A DNA stretch of 64,000 nucleotides. Origin: Capsulimonadaceae bacterium. GTDB lineage: Bacteria > Armatimonadota > Armatimonadia > Armatimonadales > Capsulimonadaceae. The stretch is from positions 1,824,001 to 1,888,000 of the forward strand of contig OZ244065.1 in the NCBI GenBank assembly GCA_965215505.1, given 5' to 3'. Within the stretch, counting starts at the first letter, position 1; every line of letters starts with the position of its first letter. Position numbers and translations under genes: made by a program. Of this stretch, positions 9,494 through 19,400 are shown piece after piece. The notes under the pieces are model-generated. The model was not told the origin of the DNA and made no database searches. It saw only the letters and a program-made list of their open reading frames with translations.

Positions 9494-12274
9494 TCAGGCA
9501 TCGGCGTGGGCGCGCAGGAAGGCCCGGACGCAGGCGGGGTCCCATTGCACCCCCGCGCCTTCTTCCAGGAGGCGGAGTGCCTGGGCGCCGTCCATCCCGC
9601 GGCGGTAGGGGCGGTCCGAGGTCATGGCGCTGAAGGAGTCGGCGACGGACAGCAGGCGGGCGGTGAGGGGGATGGCCTCGCCGCCCAGCCCGTCGGGGTA
9701 GCCCGCGCCGTCCCAGCGCTCGTGGTGGTGGCGGACGGCGGCCAGCGCGCCGGGCGCGGCTTCCTCCAGGCCGGGCACGGACCCGATGATGACGGCCCCC
9801 ATGAGGGGGTGCTGTCGGATGGCCTCGGCCTCAGCGTCCGACAGCCGGCCAGGCTTGCGGAGGATCTGGTCGGGGACGCCGATCTTGCCCACGTCGTGCA
9901 GCAGGGCGGCCACGGCCACGGTCCGGCGGGCCTCATCGTCCAGGCCGAGCGCGCGGGCGATCTCCAGCCCGTAGGCCATGACGTCCTCGGAGTGGCGGCG
10001 CGTGTAGCGGTCCTTGGCACCCACCGCCGTCACGAGCGCGTCCAGCATGGAGAAGCCCGCGACCGAGTCGCGCAGCGCGCCGCGCACCCGCTCGGCGTCG
10101 CCCTCCGGCGTCTCGCGCACGCCGGACTTGGCGAGATACAGCCGCTTGTCGGCCAGGGCGATGGCCTCGGCGCGCGAGAGGCCCTCGTCCGGGAAGACGG
10201 CAAGCCCGACGGACAGATGCAGCGGCACGTCCTCGGCCCCGCCCGGTGGGCGGATGGTGACGTCCTCCAGGCTTTGCGCGAGCCGGGCGGCGACGGCTTC
10301 GCTCTCGGCGAGCCCGACGCCGGGCATCAGCACGGCGAACTCGTCGCCGCCATAGCGGGCGGGCGTGTCGTAGGGCCGGCAGCAAGACCGCAGGGCGTCG
10401 GCCACCCGGAGCAGGGCGTCGTCGCCGACGGGATGGCCGTAGGCGTCGTTGAAGTACTTGAAGTTGTCCAGGTCCAGCATGGCGACGGCCAGGAAGCCGC
10501 CCTCCCGCCGGGCGCGGTCGGTCTCCTCCTCCAGCTTCTTCTGGAAGGCGCGGTGGTTCAGCAGGCCCGTCAGCGGGTCGCGATCGGCCCGCTCGGTCGT
10601 CTCGGCCAGCAGCACCTCGGTCTGGGCCAGGAGTTCCTCGGTCCGGGCCAGGAGCCGCGCCCGCTCGCGCTCGGCCCCCTTCTGGGCGGTGATGTCGCGC
10701 ACGATGAACGCGCGGCCCGTTCGCCCGTCCTGGGCGTCGTGGACCGGGGAGAAGGTGACGGCGACCTCGCGCCGCGTCCCGTCTTTGTGCCGGCGGACCG
10801 CCTCGTATTCCAGGACATCGCCCGCCCTTTCCAGGCTCTCCAGCAGGCGGCGCGTGTCCTCAACCGTCTGCTCGGGGGGGAAGGTGAGACCGAGGTCTTT
10901 GCCGATCGCCTCTTCCGGGGTCCAGCCGTAAAGTCGTTCCGCACCCCGGTTCCAAGAGCGGATCGTGCAGTCCAGGTCCGTGCTGAAGATGGCCTCGTGC
11001 GAGTTCTCGACGATCAGGGCCAGCCGGCGCGTCTCCGCCTCGGCCTCCTTCTGGGCGGTGACGTCGCGCACGATGAACGCGCGGCCCGTCTGCCCGCCCT
11101 GGGCGTCGTGGACCGGGGAGAAGGTGACGGCGATGTCGCGCCGCGCCCCGTCTTTACGCACCCGCACCCCCTCATATTCCCGCTCCGGCCGCTCCCTCTC
11201 TAGGGCGGTCAGCATCAGGCTGGTCTCCTCCCAGGTCAGCCCCGGCGGGAAGGTCAGGTGGATGGGCCGCCCGACGATCTCCTCGGCCGGCCACCCGTAG
11301 AGGCGCTCCGCGCCCCGGTTCCAGGAGAGGACGGTCCCTTGCAGATCGGTGCTGATGATGGCGTCGCGCGAGTTCTCGACGATCAGGGCCAGGCGCCGCG
11401 CCGCCGCCTCGGCCTGCCGCGTCGCCTCCTCGACCTCCCACCGGGCGGTGATGTCCACGGCGGACACTAGGAACCCGGTCACCGCGCCGTCCGGCCCGCG
11501 CTCGGGCGCGTAGGCGCACTGGACGAACCGAACGCCGGTCGTGCTGTAAGGGATCGGGAGGTCAAACCGCACCGACTCGCCGGCGAGGACGCGGTCCACA
11601 TAGGGCCGGAGGGCTTCATAGGCGTCTTCGCCGAGGACCTCGGTCAGCGTCTTCCCGATCACTGAGGCGACGGGAATGCCCAGCAGATCCTCGTAGGCGC
11701 GGTTGGCGAATGTGTAGCGGCATTCGAGGTCCATCCGGGCGATGAGGACCGGGACATTGTCGGCCAGTTCCTGCAAGCGGCCCTCGCGGGCGCGGGCCTC
11801 GGCCTCGGCCTCCACGCGGCCGGTGACATCCATGGAGACGCCGGTGATCCCGCTGACGCGGCCCGCCGCGTCGCGCACGACCTGACCCTTGGCCTCCATC
11901 CAGCGTGTCGCCCCGTCGGGGCGGATGATGCGGTAGAAAGCGTGATGGTCGCGGCCCGTCTCCAGAGTCAGCCGGGCGTCCTCGGCGAACGAGGCGCGGT
12001 CGCCGGGGTGGACGAAGTCCAGCATGGCCTCAAGCGTCCCGCCGAAACCGCCCGGCGGCAGTCCGACGAGTGCCTCCAAGTCGGGGGAGCAGGTGACGGA
12101 ATTCGTGGCGAGGTCCCAGGCCCATGCGCCCAGCCCGCCGGCGCTAAGGGCGCGCGCCTGGAGTGCGTGTGCGGCCTTCCGGTGGGCTGCGGACGCGGCG
12201 CGGCGCGCGGCATGGCGTCGGGCCTCAGGCGTGGGGGCCAGAGTCTTTACTGTCTTTCTGCGGCGGGTGGTCAT
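9494..12274 (-). CDS. Multi-PAS diguanylate cyclase / HD-GYP phosphodiesterase
   Basis: 4 PAS/PAC domains; DPLTGLLN, DLDNFK..ND.YGH..GD, RYGGDEF; HDVGKI, HHERWDGAGYP. Confidence 0.92.
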   Translation of the reverse strand: MTTRRRKTVKTLAPTPEARRHAARRAASAAHRKAAHALQARALSAGGLGAWAWDLATNSVTCSPDLEALVGLPPGGFGGTLEAMLDFVHPGDRASFAEDARLTLETGRDHHAFYRIIRPDGATRWMEAKGQVVRDAAGRVSGITGVSMDVTGRVEAEAEARAREGRLQELADNVPVLIARMDLECRYTFANRAYEDLLGIPVASVIGKTLTEVLGEDAYEALRPYVDRVLAGESVRFDLPIPYSTTGVRFVQCAYAPERGPDGAVTGFLVSAVDITARWEVEEATRQAEAAARRLALIVENSRDAIISTDLQGTVLSWNRGAERLYGWPAEEIVGRPIHLTFPPGLTWEETSLMLTALERERPEREYEGVRVRKDGARRDIAVTFSPVHDAQGGQTGRAFIVRDVTAQKEAEAETRRLALIVENSHEAIFSTDLDCTIRSWNRGAERLYGWTPEEAIGKDLGLTFPPEQTVEDTRRLLESLERAGDVLEYEAVRRHKDGTRREVAVTFSPVHDAQDGRTGRAFIVRDITAQKGAERERARLLARTEELLAQTEVLLAETTERADRDPLTGLLNHRAFQKKLEEETDRARREGGFLAVAMLDLDNFKYFNDAYGHPVGDDALLRVADALRSCCRPYDTPARYGGDEFAVLMPGVGLAESEAVAARLAQSLEDVTIRPPGGAEDVPLHLSVGLAVFPDEGLSRAEAIALADKRLYLAKSGVRETPEGDAERVRGALRDSVAGFSMLDALVTAVGAKDRYTRRHSEDVMAYGLEIARALGLDDEARRTVAVAALLHDVGKIGVPDQILRKPGRLSDAEAEAIRQHPLMGAVIIGSVPGLEEAAPGALAAVRHHHERWDGAGYPDGLGGEAIPLTARLLSVADSFSAMTSDRPYRRGMDGAQALRLLEEGAGVQWDPACVRAFLRAHADA

Positions 12275-12542
12275 GGACTCTTCGGCTTCTCTCACGGGCA
12301 GTACGCGCCCGCCCTTGTGTCACTAACGAGTCAACACACTTTCCATCTCAATATGTCCTTCTATTATTCCACACATTCACCGAAACCGCGCGGATGTATG
12401 CCTGGCGGACACGGCAGCCCTCCATGCAGGGCAGACAGGGGTAGAAAGGGCAGACACGGGAGATCGGCCGACGTATGCCTGACGGCGGTACAATCCCCAC
12501 CCTGGCGGGAACCGTGTGCCGCCCCCATGCGTTGAAAAAGGC

Positions 12543-13952
12543 ATGAAAGCACTACTCTTACTCCCCGCCGCATTGCTCGCCACGGGGTCTGCCTACGCCG
12601 TCCACCATGTCTCCAAGTCCGTCACTTCCAAGCCGGTCATGCCGGTCACAGGCTCCGTCACCGGGCAGAAAGTCGCCCCGCTGGTCCGCACCCCCGCCCA
12701 GTCGGCTGGCCTGCTCACCGGCCCCGCCGCCTTCGGCGACTGGTCCACCGACGCGCCGGGCGTCCGCCGCCTGATTCGCGTGGGCGACCTGCCCGCGCCG
12801 CATGCGACGCCCTCCTCCGACCACGGGGCGGACATGGCCCCGCGGCCCGACGGCGTCTTCCCGAAGGCCCCGGCGGGCTTCAAGGTCGAGCTTTTCGCGT
12901 CGGGCCTGAACAACCCGCGCAAGATCGTGACGGCACCTAACGGCGACCTGTTCGTCGCCGAGAGCGGCGCGAACCGGGTCAAGATCCTGCGGGCCGGCGC
13001 GGGCGCGGGCGCGGTCCAGACGACCTCGGTGTTCGCCGAGGGCCTGCGCCAGCCGTTCGGCATCGCCTTCTACCCGGCGGGGCCGGACCCGAAGTACGTC
13101 TACGTCGCGAACACCGACTCGGTGGTCCGCTTCCCCTACCACAGCGGCGACCTGACCGCGACCGGTCCGGCCGAGGACGTGGTGCCGACGGGCATCCCCG
13201 GCGGCGGGCGGCTGCGCGGCGGCGGGCACTGGACGCGCGACCTCGCCTTCTCGCCGGACGGCAAGACGCTGCTGGTATCGGTCGGCTCGCACTCCAACAA
13301 TGACAACCCGGACACCGAACCCCAGGAGTTCCACCGGGCCGACATCCTGCGCTACACCCCGGACGGCAAGTTCGAGGGCATCTACGCCTCGGGCATCCGC
13401 AACCCGGTCGGCATCACCTACCAGCCCGGCACGGACACGCTCTGGGCCTCGGTGAACGAGCGGGATACTCTAGGCGACATGCTGGTTCCCGACTACGTCA
13501 CGCACGTCACGCCGGGTGCCTTCTACGGCTGGCCCTGGTATTACATGGGCGACCACCACGACCCGCGCTACCCGGACGCCCACCCGGAGCTTGCCGGGCA
13601 CGTCACCGTCCCGGACGTGCTGCTCCAGTCGCACTCGGCGAGTCTGTGCCTGACCTTCTACCCGGCCTCGGGGCCGGCCGCGAAGTTCCCCGCCGCCTAT
13701 CGGGGCATGATCTTCGCCGCCGAACACGGCTCGTGGAACCGGGCCAGCCGGACCGGCTATAAGGTGATCATGGTGCCCGTCGTGAACGGCAAGGCGGCCG
13801 GCGAGTACCAGGACTTCCTGACCGGCTTCGTTACCAATGAGGACGCCGTCTGGGGTCGCCCCGTGGGCGTGACGGTGGCCCGCGACGGGTCGCTGATGGT
13901 GACCGACGACGGTTCCAACAGCGTGTGGCGCGTCTCCTACGTCGGCAAGTAG
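12543..13952 (+). CDS. Sorbosone/glucose dehydrogenase-like (PQQ-dependent sugar dehydrogenase family)
   Basis: Signal peptide; GIRNPVG, VNERD.LGD.LVPDY, YGWPW, HGSWNR...GYKV, GRPVGV. Confidence 0.88.
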   Translation: MKALLLLPAALLATGSAYAVHHVSKSVTSKPVMPVTGSVTGQKVAPLVRTPAQSAGLLTGPAAFGDWSTDAPGVRRLIRVGDLPAPHATPSSDHGADMAPRPDGVFPKAPAGFKVELFASGLNNPRKIVTAPNGDLFVAESGANRVKILRAGAGAGAVQTTSVFAEGLRQPFGIAFYPAGPDPKYVYVANTDSVVRFPYHSGDLTATGPAEDVVPTGIPGGGRLRGGGHWTRDLAFSPDGKTLLVSVGSHSNNDNPDTEPQEFHRADILRYTPDGKFEGIYASGIRNPVGITYQPGTDTLWASVNERDTLGDMLVPDYVTHVTPGAFYGWPWYYMGDHHDPRYPDAHPELAGHVTVPDVLLQSHSASLCLTFYPASGPAAKFPAAYRGMIFAAEHGSWNRASRTGYKVIMVPVVNGKAAGEYQDFLTGFVTNEDAVWGRPVGVTVARDGSLMVTDDGSNSVWRVSYVGK

Positions 13953-13980
13953 GGGGTACGGGAGAAAGGACAGAGACAAA

Positions 13981-14013
13981 GGGCGCGGCTTCCTAGATGG
14001 GGAGGCCGCGCCC
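13981..14013. terminator. Bidirectional terminator-like hairpin
   Basis: GGGCGCGGCTTCC...GGAGGCCGCGCCC between convergent genes. Confidence 0.6.
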
Positions 14014-14018
14014 GTTTC

Positions 14019-14675
14019 TTATAGAGGCTCCTGCCGGCCTAGGAACTTGGGGCGCGGGTGCGTGACCGTGGCCTGGACCCAGGCGACCTCGGTGGCGGCG
14101 ATCTCGCGCAGGTCGAAGCCGGGCTGCCCGGCGTAGGCGCGCTTGGCGGCGTCCACGCCGACGACGTCCAGCCCCAGCCGGCGGCCCAGGAACAGGGCGC
14201 GGGGGAGGTGGTAGCCCTGCGTCACCAGGATGGCGGAGCGGACGCCGAAGATGTCGCGGGCGCGGTACAGGCTGTCATAGGTGCGGAAGCCCGCGTAGTC
14301 GCAGACGATATCGCGGGCGGGGACGCCCAGCGCCAATGCTTCCTGCCGCATGGCCTCCGGCTCGTTGTAGCCGTCCCGGCTGTTGTCCCCGGTCATCAGC
14401 AGCTTCCGCACCTTGCCGGCCTTGTACAGCTCGACGCCTGTGGCGACGCGGTCAGTCAGGATGTCGCTGGCCGCGCCGAACACGATGGCGACGGGGCGTG
14501 CGGGTGCGGCGGCGACACTGGGGCAGATCAGCCCGCCGTAGCTGCGGACGTTCAGGTAGATCAAGACGCTTCCCAAACCCAGGACCGTCAGCAGGACCCA
14601 GAAGACGCGCCACAGGCGGCGCTTGCGGTCAGGGGGGGAGGGCGGCTTTCGAGGCGGGCGGGGCAGTGTCTTCAT
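14019..14675 (-). CDS. SanA/ElyC (DUF218) family protein
   Basis: N-terminal TM; LMTGDNS...YNEP, DYAGFRTYDS.YRAR, VTQ.YHLPRA. Confidence 0.85.
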   Translation of the reverse strand: MKTLPRPPRKPPSPPDRKRRLWRVFWVLLTVLGLGSVLIYLNVRSYGGLICPSVAAAPARPVAIVFGAASDILTDRVATGVELYKAGKVRKLLMTGDNSRDGYNEPEAMRQEALALGVPARDIVCDYAGFRTYDSLYRARDIFGVRSAILVTQGYHLPRALFLGRRLGLDVVGVDAAKRAYAGQPGFDLREIAATEVAWVQATVTHPRPKFLGRQEPL

Positions 14676-14721
14676 GCCCTACCATTCGGCCATGTTGCCG
14701 TGTTGTCCTGCGCGCGTGCTG

Positions 14722-15159
14722 TCAGGGCTGGTGCCAGCCGAACTGGACAGCGGTTTTCCGGCGGTGGCACCGGACGCAACGGACCTCACACTTGGCGATC
14801 TCCAGGAGGATTGTCTTCCAAGGAAAACCCGACGACACTAACTGCGAGACGGCACCACGTTTCACGCCACGAACATGGTCAAAATCGAGCATCAGAAGTT
14901 CCGTGTCACCACAGTGTACACAGGGATGGTCCATGAGGTAAACGTTCAGGCGGTCGCGGTTCATGCGGACATACTGCCTACGCCTCATGTTCACATTCAC
15001 GATATGCTTCTCTTTGTTCTCATGATACCAGCGGTTCTGATACTCACGTTTGCACTCACGGCAATGAGTCTGCAAACCGTCGCGCTTGGCATTATTGATG
15101 CCGAAGTCCGAAGAAGCCTTGACGACGCCGCACCCGCAGCACTTCTTTTCCATCAGCAT
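14722..15159 (-). CDS. Zn-finger HNH endonuclease-like protein
   Basis: CxxC...CRECK N-terminal domain; PCVHCG...LDFDHV...EIAKCEVRCVRCH; visibly lower GC. Confidence 0.75.
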   Translation of the reverse strand: MLMEKKCCGCGVVKASSDFGINNAKRDGLQTHCRECKREYQNRWYHENKEKHIVNVNMRRRQYVRMNRDRLNVYLMDHPCVHCGDTELLMLDFDHVRGVKRGAVSQLVSSGFPWKTILLEIAKCEVRCVRCHRRKTAVQFGWHQP

Positions 15160-15183
15160 TCGTACCCTCCTTAGCCCGACTGA

Positions 15184-15226
15184 AAAAGAAAACGGTCCTT
15201 GCTCGATGTACGAACAAAGACCGTTT
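15184..15226 (-). terminator. Terminator-like hairpin after tRNA-Lys
   Basis: AAACGGTC...GACCGTTT stem followed by TCTTTTT on the minus strand. Confidence 0.55.
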
Positions 15227-15229
15227 GAT

Positions 15230-15306
15230 TGGTGCCCCCAGTAAGGGTCGAACTTACGACAACCCACTTAAGAGGCGGGTGCTCTAACCAACTGAGCTAT
15301 GGAGGC
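15230..15306 (-). tRNA. tRNA-Lys(CTT)
   Basis: GCCTCCATAGCTCAGTTGGTTAGAGCACCCGCCT-CTT-AAGTGGG...GTTCGACCC..GGGGGCACCA cloverleaf with CCA. Confidence 0.93.
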
Positions 15307-15435
15307 GATGCCTGTCTTCCTGTGAGGAACAAGCCTATTATACTCAGGGGAAGGAGAAAAATCAAGCCGTTTGCAGATAATCAGTGTAAGATTTTTCGGT
15401 GTTCGCGCGGCAAGCGGCGCGGGTAAGATGTGCCA

Positions 15436-16659
15436 ATGAACTCCCCCACCCTCCTCACACGCCCGCAGGCCGGCGGGCGGGACTGGCGCGTCGTGGCCGT
15501 GGCGCTGGCCGGCTTCTGCACGTTCCTGGACCTGTACGCGACCCAGCCGCTGCTGCCGCTGTTCGTGCGATTGTTCCACGCGCCGACGGCGCGGGTCAGC
15601 CTGACGGTGAGCGCGACGACCTTGGCGGTCGCCCTGGCCGCGCCGTTCGCGGGGCTGCTGGCGGACCGGGTGGGGCGCAAGCCGGTGATCGTGGCCTCGA
15701 TCTTCGGGCTGGTCGTGCCGACGGCCCTGGCCGCGACGGCGTCCACGCTGCACGCCCTGATCTTCTGGCGGCTGCTGCAAGGGCTGTGCATGCCGGGCAT
15801 CTTCGGGGTGATGATGGCCTACATCAGCGAGGAGTGGTCGGGCGGCGCGGGGTCGGCGATGGCCGGGTATGTCACCGGGAACGTCCTGGGCGGCTTCTGC
15901 GGGCGGTTCCTGACGGGCCTGATCGCGGAGCATTTCGGCTGGCGGGAGGCCTTCGCCGTGCTGGCGGGGCTGAACCTATTGGGGGCGGTGTCTGTGTGGC
16001 GCTGGCTGCCGCCCTCGCGCCGGTTCCAGCCCGAAACCGACTGGCGCGCGTCGCTGCGGGCGATGGCGGGACACCTGCGGAACCCGGCTTTGCTTGCGAC
16101 ATATGCGGTCGGCTTCAACGTCCTGTTCTCGCTGGTGGCGACCTTCACCTATGTCACGTTCTACCTGGCCGCGCCGCCGTTTCGATTGGGGACACTCGCG
16201 CTCGGGTCCGTCTTCCTGACCTATCTGCTGGGCGCGGTCGTGACGCCGCTGGGCGGGCGGTGGATCGACCGCTTCGGGCCGCGCATCGCACTGGCGGCGG
16301 CGCTGGCCGTGTCCGGTGGGGGCGTCCTGCTGACGCTGGCATCGCGCCTCCCGCTGGTCATCGCGGGGCTGGCGCTGTGCTGCTCCGGCGTGTTCGTCTG
16401 CCAGTCGGCGGCCAGCAGCTTCGTGGGGAAGGCCGCGGGGCGGGCGAGGTCGTCGGCGACGGGGCTGTATGTAACCTTCTACTACACGGGCGGCAGCGTC
16501 GGGGCGACCCTGACGGGCCTGTTCTGGGCGCGCGGCGGCTGGCCCACCTGCGTCCTGCTGGTCGTGGGCGTGCAGGCGGTGACGGCGGCGGTGGCGCTGG
16601 CGTTCTGGCGGGACCGCAAGCAGGATTCGGGCCGGCTTTCGCGAATTGAATCGCCATGA
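15436..16659 (+). CDS. MFS transporter (YnfM-like)
   Basis: LYATQPLLP, G.LADRVGRK motif A, ~12 TM helices, ATGLYVTFYY.GGS. Confidence 0.88.
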   Translation: MNSPTLLTRPQAGGRDWRVVAVALAGFCTFLDLYATQPLLPLFVRLFHAPTARVSLTVSATTLAVALAAPFAGLLADRVGRKPVIVASIFGLVVPTALAATASTLHALIFWRLLQGLCMPGIFGVMMAYISEEWSGGAGSAMAGYVTGNVLGGFCGRFLTGLIAEHFGWREAFAVLAGLNLLGAVSVWRWLPPSRRFQPETDWRASLRAMAGHLRNPALLATYAVGFNVLFSLVATFTYVTFYLAAPPFRLGTLALGSVFLTYLLGAVVTPLGGRWIDRFGPRIALAAALAVSGGGVLLTLASRLPLVIAGLALCCSGVFVCQSAASSFVGKAAGRARSSATGLYVTFYYTGGSVGATLTGLFWARGGWPTCVLLVVGVQAVTAAVALAFWRDRKQDSGRLSRIESP

Positions 16660-17918
16660 CACATACCTCGTTTGACCCTGCGCCCCTGCGCGCGCTCTTC
16701 CCCTCCCTTGCGCTCACTCTGGACGGCCACCCCGCCGTGTTCTTTGACAATCCCGGCGGGACGCAGGTCCCCGGCACGGTCATCGAGGCCGTGTCGGACT
16801 ACTACCGGGGCAGCAATGCCAACGTCGGCGGGGCGTTCGCGACGAGCCGCCGGACGGACGCCGTCGTGGCCGGGGCGCGGGCGGCGGTGGCGGACCTGCT
16901 GAACGCGCCCGGCCCCGAGACCATCGTGTTCGGTCCCAGCATGACCGCCCTGACGTTCCATCTGGCCCGGTCGCTTGCAGAAACCATCAGGCCGGGGGAT
17001 GAGGTCATCGTCACCACGCTGGACCACGACGCGAACGTCGCGCCCTGGCTTGATTTGGAGGCGTCCGGCGCGGTCATCAAAGTGGTAGACATCCACCCGG
17101 AGGACGCGACGCTGGACATGGACGGACTGGAGGCCGCCCTTTCACCCCGGACGCGGCTGGTCGCGGTGACGGCGGCCTCCAATGCAGTCGGCACGATGCC
17201 GGACGTAGCCCGGATCACCCGGCTGGCTCAGGAGGCGGGGGCACTCGTCTTCATAGACGCCGTGCAGTTCGCCCCGCACGCCCCGGTGGACGTGCAGGCT
17301 CTGGGCTGCGACTTCCTGGCCTGTTCGGCCTACAAGTTCTTCGGGCCGCACATGGGGGTTCTGTACGGCAAGGCGGACCACCTGACGCGGCTCAGACCGC
17401 ACAAGGTCAGGCCCTCCAAGGACGCGATCCCCTACCGGTGGGAGTCGGGGACTCTGAACCACGAGGGGCTGGCGGGTGTCACGGCGGCGGTGGACTACCT
17501 GGCGAGCATGGGGGAACGATTCGGCCCTCCGGCCCCGGATCGGCGGCAGACGCTGAAGGCGGCGATGTCGGCCATCCGAGAATACGAGCAGACGCTGTCG
17601 CGGCGTCTGCTGGAAGGGCTGGCGGGCATCGGAGACGTCAAAGTCTGGGGCCTGACGGACACGTCGCGTCTGGACGAGCGGCTGCCGACGGTCGCCTTCA
17701 CCTGGCCCCGGCTTTCGCCCCGGCATACGGCCGAGTATCTGGCAGCACGGGGCTTCTGCGTCTGGAGCGGCAACTATTACGCGCTCGGGCTGATGGAGCG
17801 GCTGGGGTTGGAGGAACACGGCGGGGCGGTGCGTGTCGGGCTGGCGCATTACAACACGGCGGAGGAGATAGACCGGATGGTGGCCACGCTTCAGGACGTG
17901 CCGAAGGCCAGCGCATAG
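16656..17918 (+). CDS. Cysteine desulfurase-like protein (VC1184 family, class V aminotransferase)
   Basis: FDNPGGTQVP, LDHDAN, DAVQFAPH, SAYKFFGPH, VRVGLAHYNT. Confidence 0.9.
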   Translation: MTHTSFDPAPLRALFPSLALTLDGHPAVFFDNPGGTQVPGTVIEAVSDYYRGSNANVGGAFATSRRTDAVVAGARAAVADLLNAPGPETIVFGPSMTALTFHLARSLAETIRPGDEVIVTTLDHDANVAPWLDLEASGAVIKVVDIHPEDATLDMDGLEAALSPRTRLVAVTAASNAVGTMPDVARITRLAQEAGALVFIDAVQFAPHAPVDVQALGCDFLACSAYKFFGPHMGVLYGKADHLTRLRPHKVRPSKDAIPYRWESGTLNHEGLAGVTAAVDYLASMGERFGPPAPDRRQTLKAAMSAIREYEQTLSRRLLEGLAGIGDVKVWGLTDTSRLDERLPTVAFTWPRLSPRHTAEYLAARGFCVWSGNYYALGLMERLGLEEHGGAVRVGLAHYNTAEEIDRMVATLQDVPKASA

Positions 17919-18826
17919 GTCGCATCAAAGGAGCGGACGCCGGTCGTCGCGCCCAGAGCCTGGACGGCGCAGGCCGCGGCGGCGTTGGCGAAGCGGGCTG
18001 TCTTTTCCAGGTCCCAGCCGCGCGTCAGCCCGCACAGGAAGCCCGCCGCCCAGCAGTCGCCCGCGCCCAGGGCGTCCACGGACTCGACGGGAAAGGGCGG
18101 GACGTGCAGAACGTCCCCGAATGCCGTCCGGAGGTACGCGCCCTCCGCGCCGAGTTTCAGGCCGACTGCACCGACGCCGGCATCAAGGAAGACCTGGGCG
18201 ATGTCTCCGGGCGTCTCGCGGCCCGTCAGCAGGCGGGCCTCCTCCCAGGACGGCAGGAGATAATCCAGGTACGGCAGGCAGGGCGCGAGGACGCGCATCC
18301 AACGGCCCGTCGCGTCCCAGACCGTGTCCAGCGTCGTCGTCTTGCCCAGCTCCCTGGCCCGCTTCAGGACGGCGGCGTTGTCCGCGCCCATGTAGCGGGG
18401 CATCAGGAACGGCCCGGCGACGTGGAAGATCGGCGCGGCCTCGACCTCCGGCCAGAACACGTCGGCGGCGGTATAGGCGGCGTTCGCGCCGGCATAGTGC
18501 AGGAAGGTGCGCTCCCCCGCACCGTCCACGGCCACCATGGTCGCCGCCGTCGCCTCCACGGCATCGCGGATCAATCCGCGCGTGCTGACGCCGTGGCGCT
18601 CCAAAGTCCCCGCCAGGAACTGGCCGAAGCCGTCCTCCCCGATCTTGCCCAGGACGGCCGTTTCCACGCCCAGCTTGGCGAGCGCGAGGCCCGTATTGGC
18701 GGCGCACCCGCCGACGTGCAGTTCCATCCGCTCGACGGCGGCCAGCGTCCCCTTGGGCGGGAACGCCTCGATCGGCTTGCCGACGACGTCGGCGACCAAG
18801 ATTCCCAGGCAGCAGACCTGTGACAT
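17891..18826 (-). CDS. PfkB-family carbohydrate kinase
   Basis: GGCAANT, G.IGED.FG, DALGAGD anion-hole motif. Confidence 0.9.
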   Translation of the reverse strand: MSQVCCLGILVADVVGKPIEAFPPKGTLAAVERMELHVGGCAANTGLALAKLGVETAVLGKIGEDGFGQFLAGTLERHGVSTRGLIRDAVEATAATMVAVDGAGERTFLHYAGANAAYTAADVFWPEVEAAPIFHVAGPFLMPRYMGADNAAVLKRARELGKTTTLDTVWDATGRWMRVLAPCLPYLDYLLPSWEEARLLTGRETPGDIAQVFLDAGVGAVGLKLGAEGAYLRTAFGDVLHVPPFPVESVDALGAGDCWAAGFLCGLTRGWDLEKTARFANAAAACAVQALGATTGVRSFDATYALAFGTS

Positions 18827-18938
18827 GTACGGTATTCTCCCGACAATGAGTGTACCCGATGCCGCCTGCCTCCCGGATAGCAGGGAAACGGGCACGGCGC
18901 GGCGTATAGTCTTTCCATAAAGACGTGAGGGAGAACAC

Positions 18939-19394
18939 ATGGTGGCAGAGATGGCAGAAGAAGCGGACGTGGAAGAGGCCCTGCGGCGTCAGGACGAAGC
19001 GATGGCCCTGCTGGAACGGCTCCGCATCGCCGAGCCGGCCGTCGTCCCGGAGGCGCACCCCGGCGGCGGGCGGCGCGAGGCGCGGCGCTGGACGGCCCCG
19101 AAGAGCGTGACGGTCGAGCTGCACGACGGCCTGACCTGGCGGGCGGCGACGTGCAGCGACTTGGGCATCGGCGGTGCGCGCCTGACCGCCGTTCCCGCCT
19201 GGATGGAAGGCCCCGCCCCGATCCGGCTGCGCGGCGTGTCCGGCCCGGCGATCCTCGCTCTGGCCGATCTGGTGTGGCGCGACGCCAAGATGAATTCGGC
19301 GGGCCTCCAATTCGAGTTCGGGGACACCGAGGAGCGGGACCAGTGGACCGTCATACTGATCGACGCTTTGCTGGCCCGTTACGCGCTGGGGTAG
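18939..19394 (+). CDS. PilZ-domain protein
   Basis: RREARR (RxxxR) and DLGIGG (DxSxxG-like) motifs. Confidence 0.65.
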   Translation: MVAEMAEEADVEEALRRQDEAMALLERLRIAEPAVVPEAHPGGGRREARRWTAPKSVTVELHDGLTWRAATCSDLGIGGARLTAVPAWMEGPAPIRLRGVSGPAILALADLVWRDAKMNSAGLQFEFGDTEERDQWTVILIDALLARYALG

Positions 19395-19400
19395 AGGACG

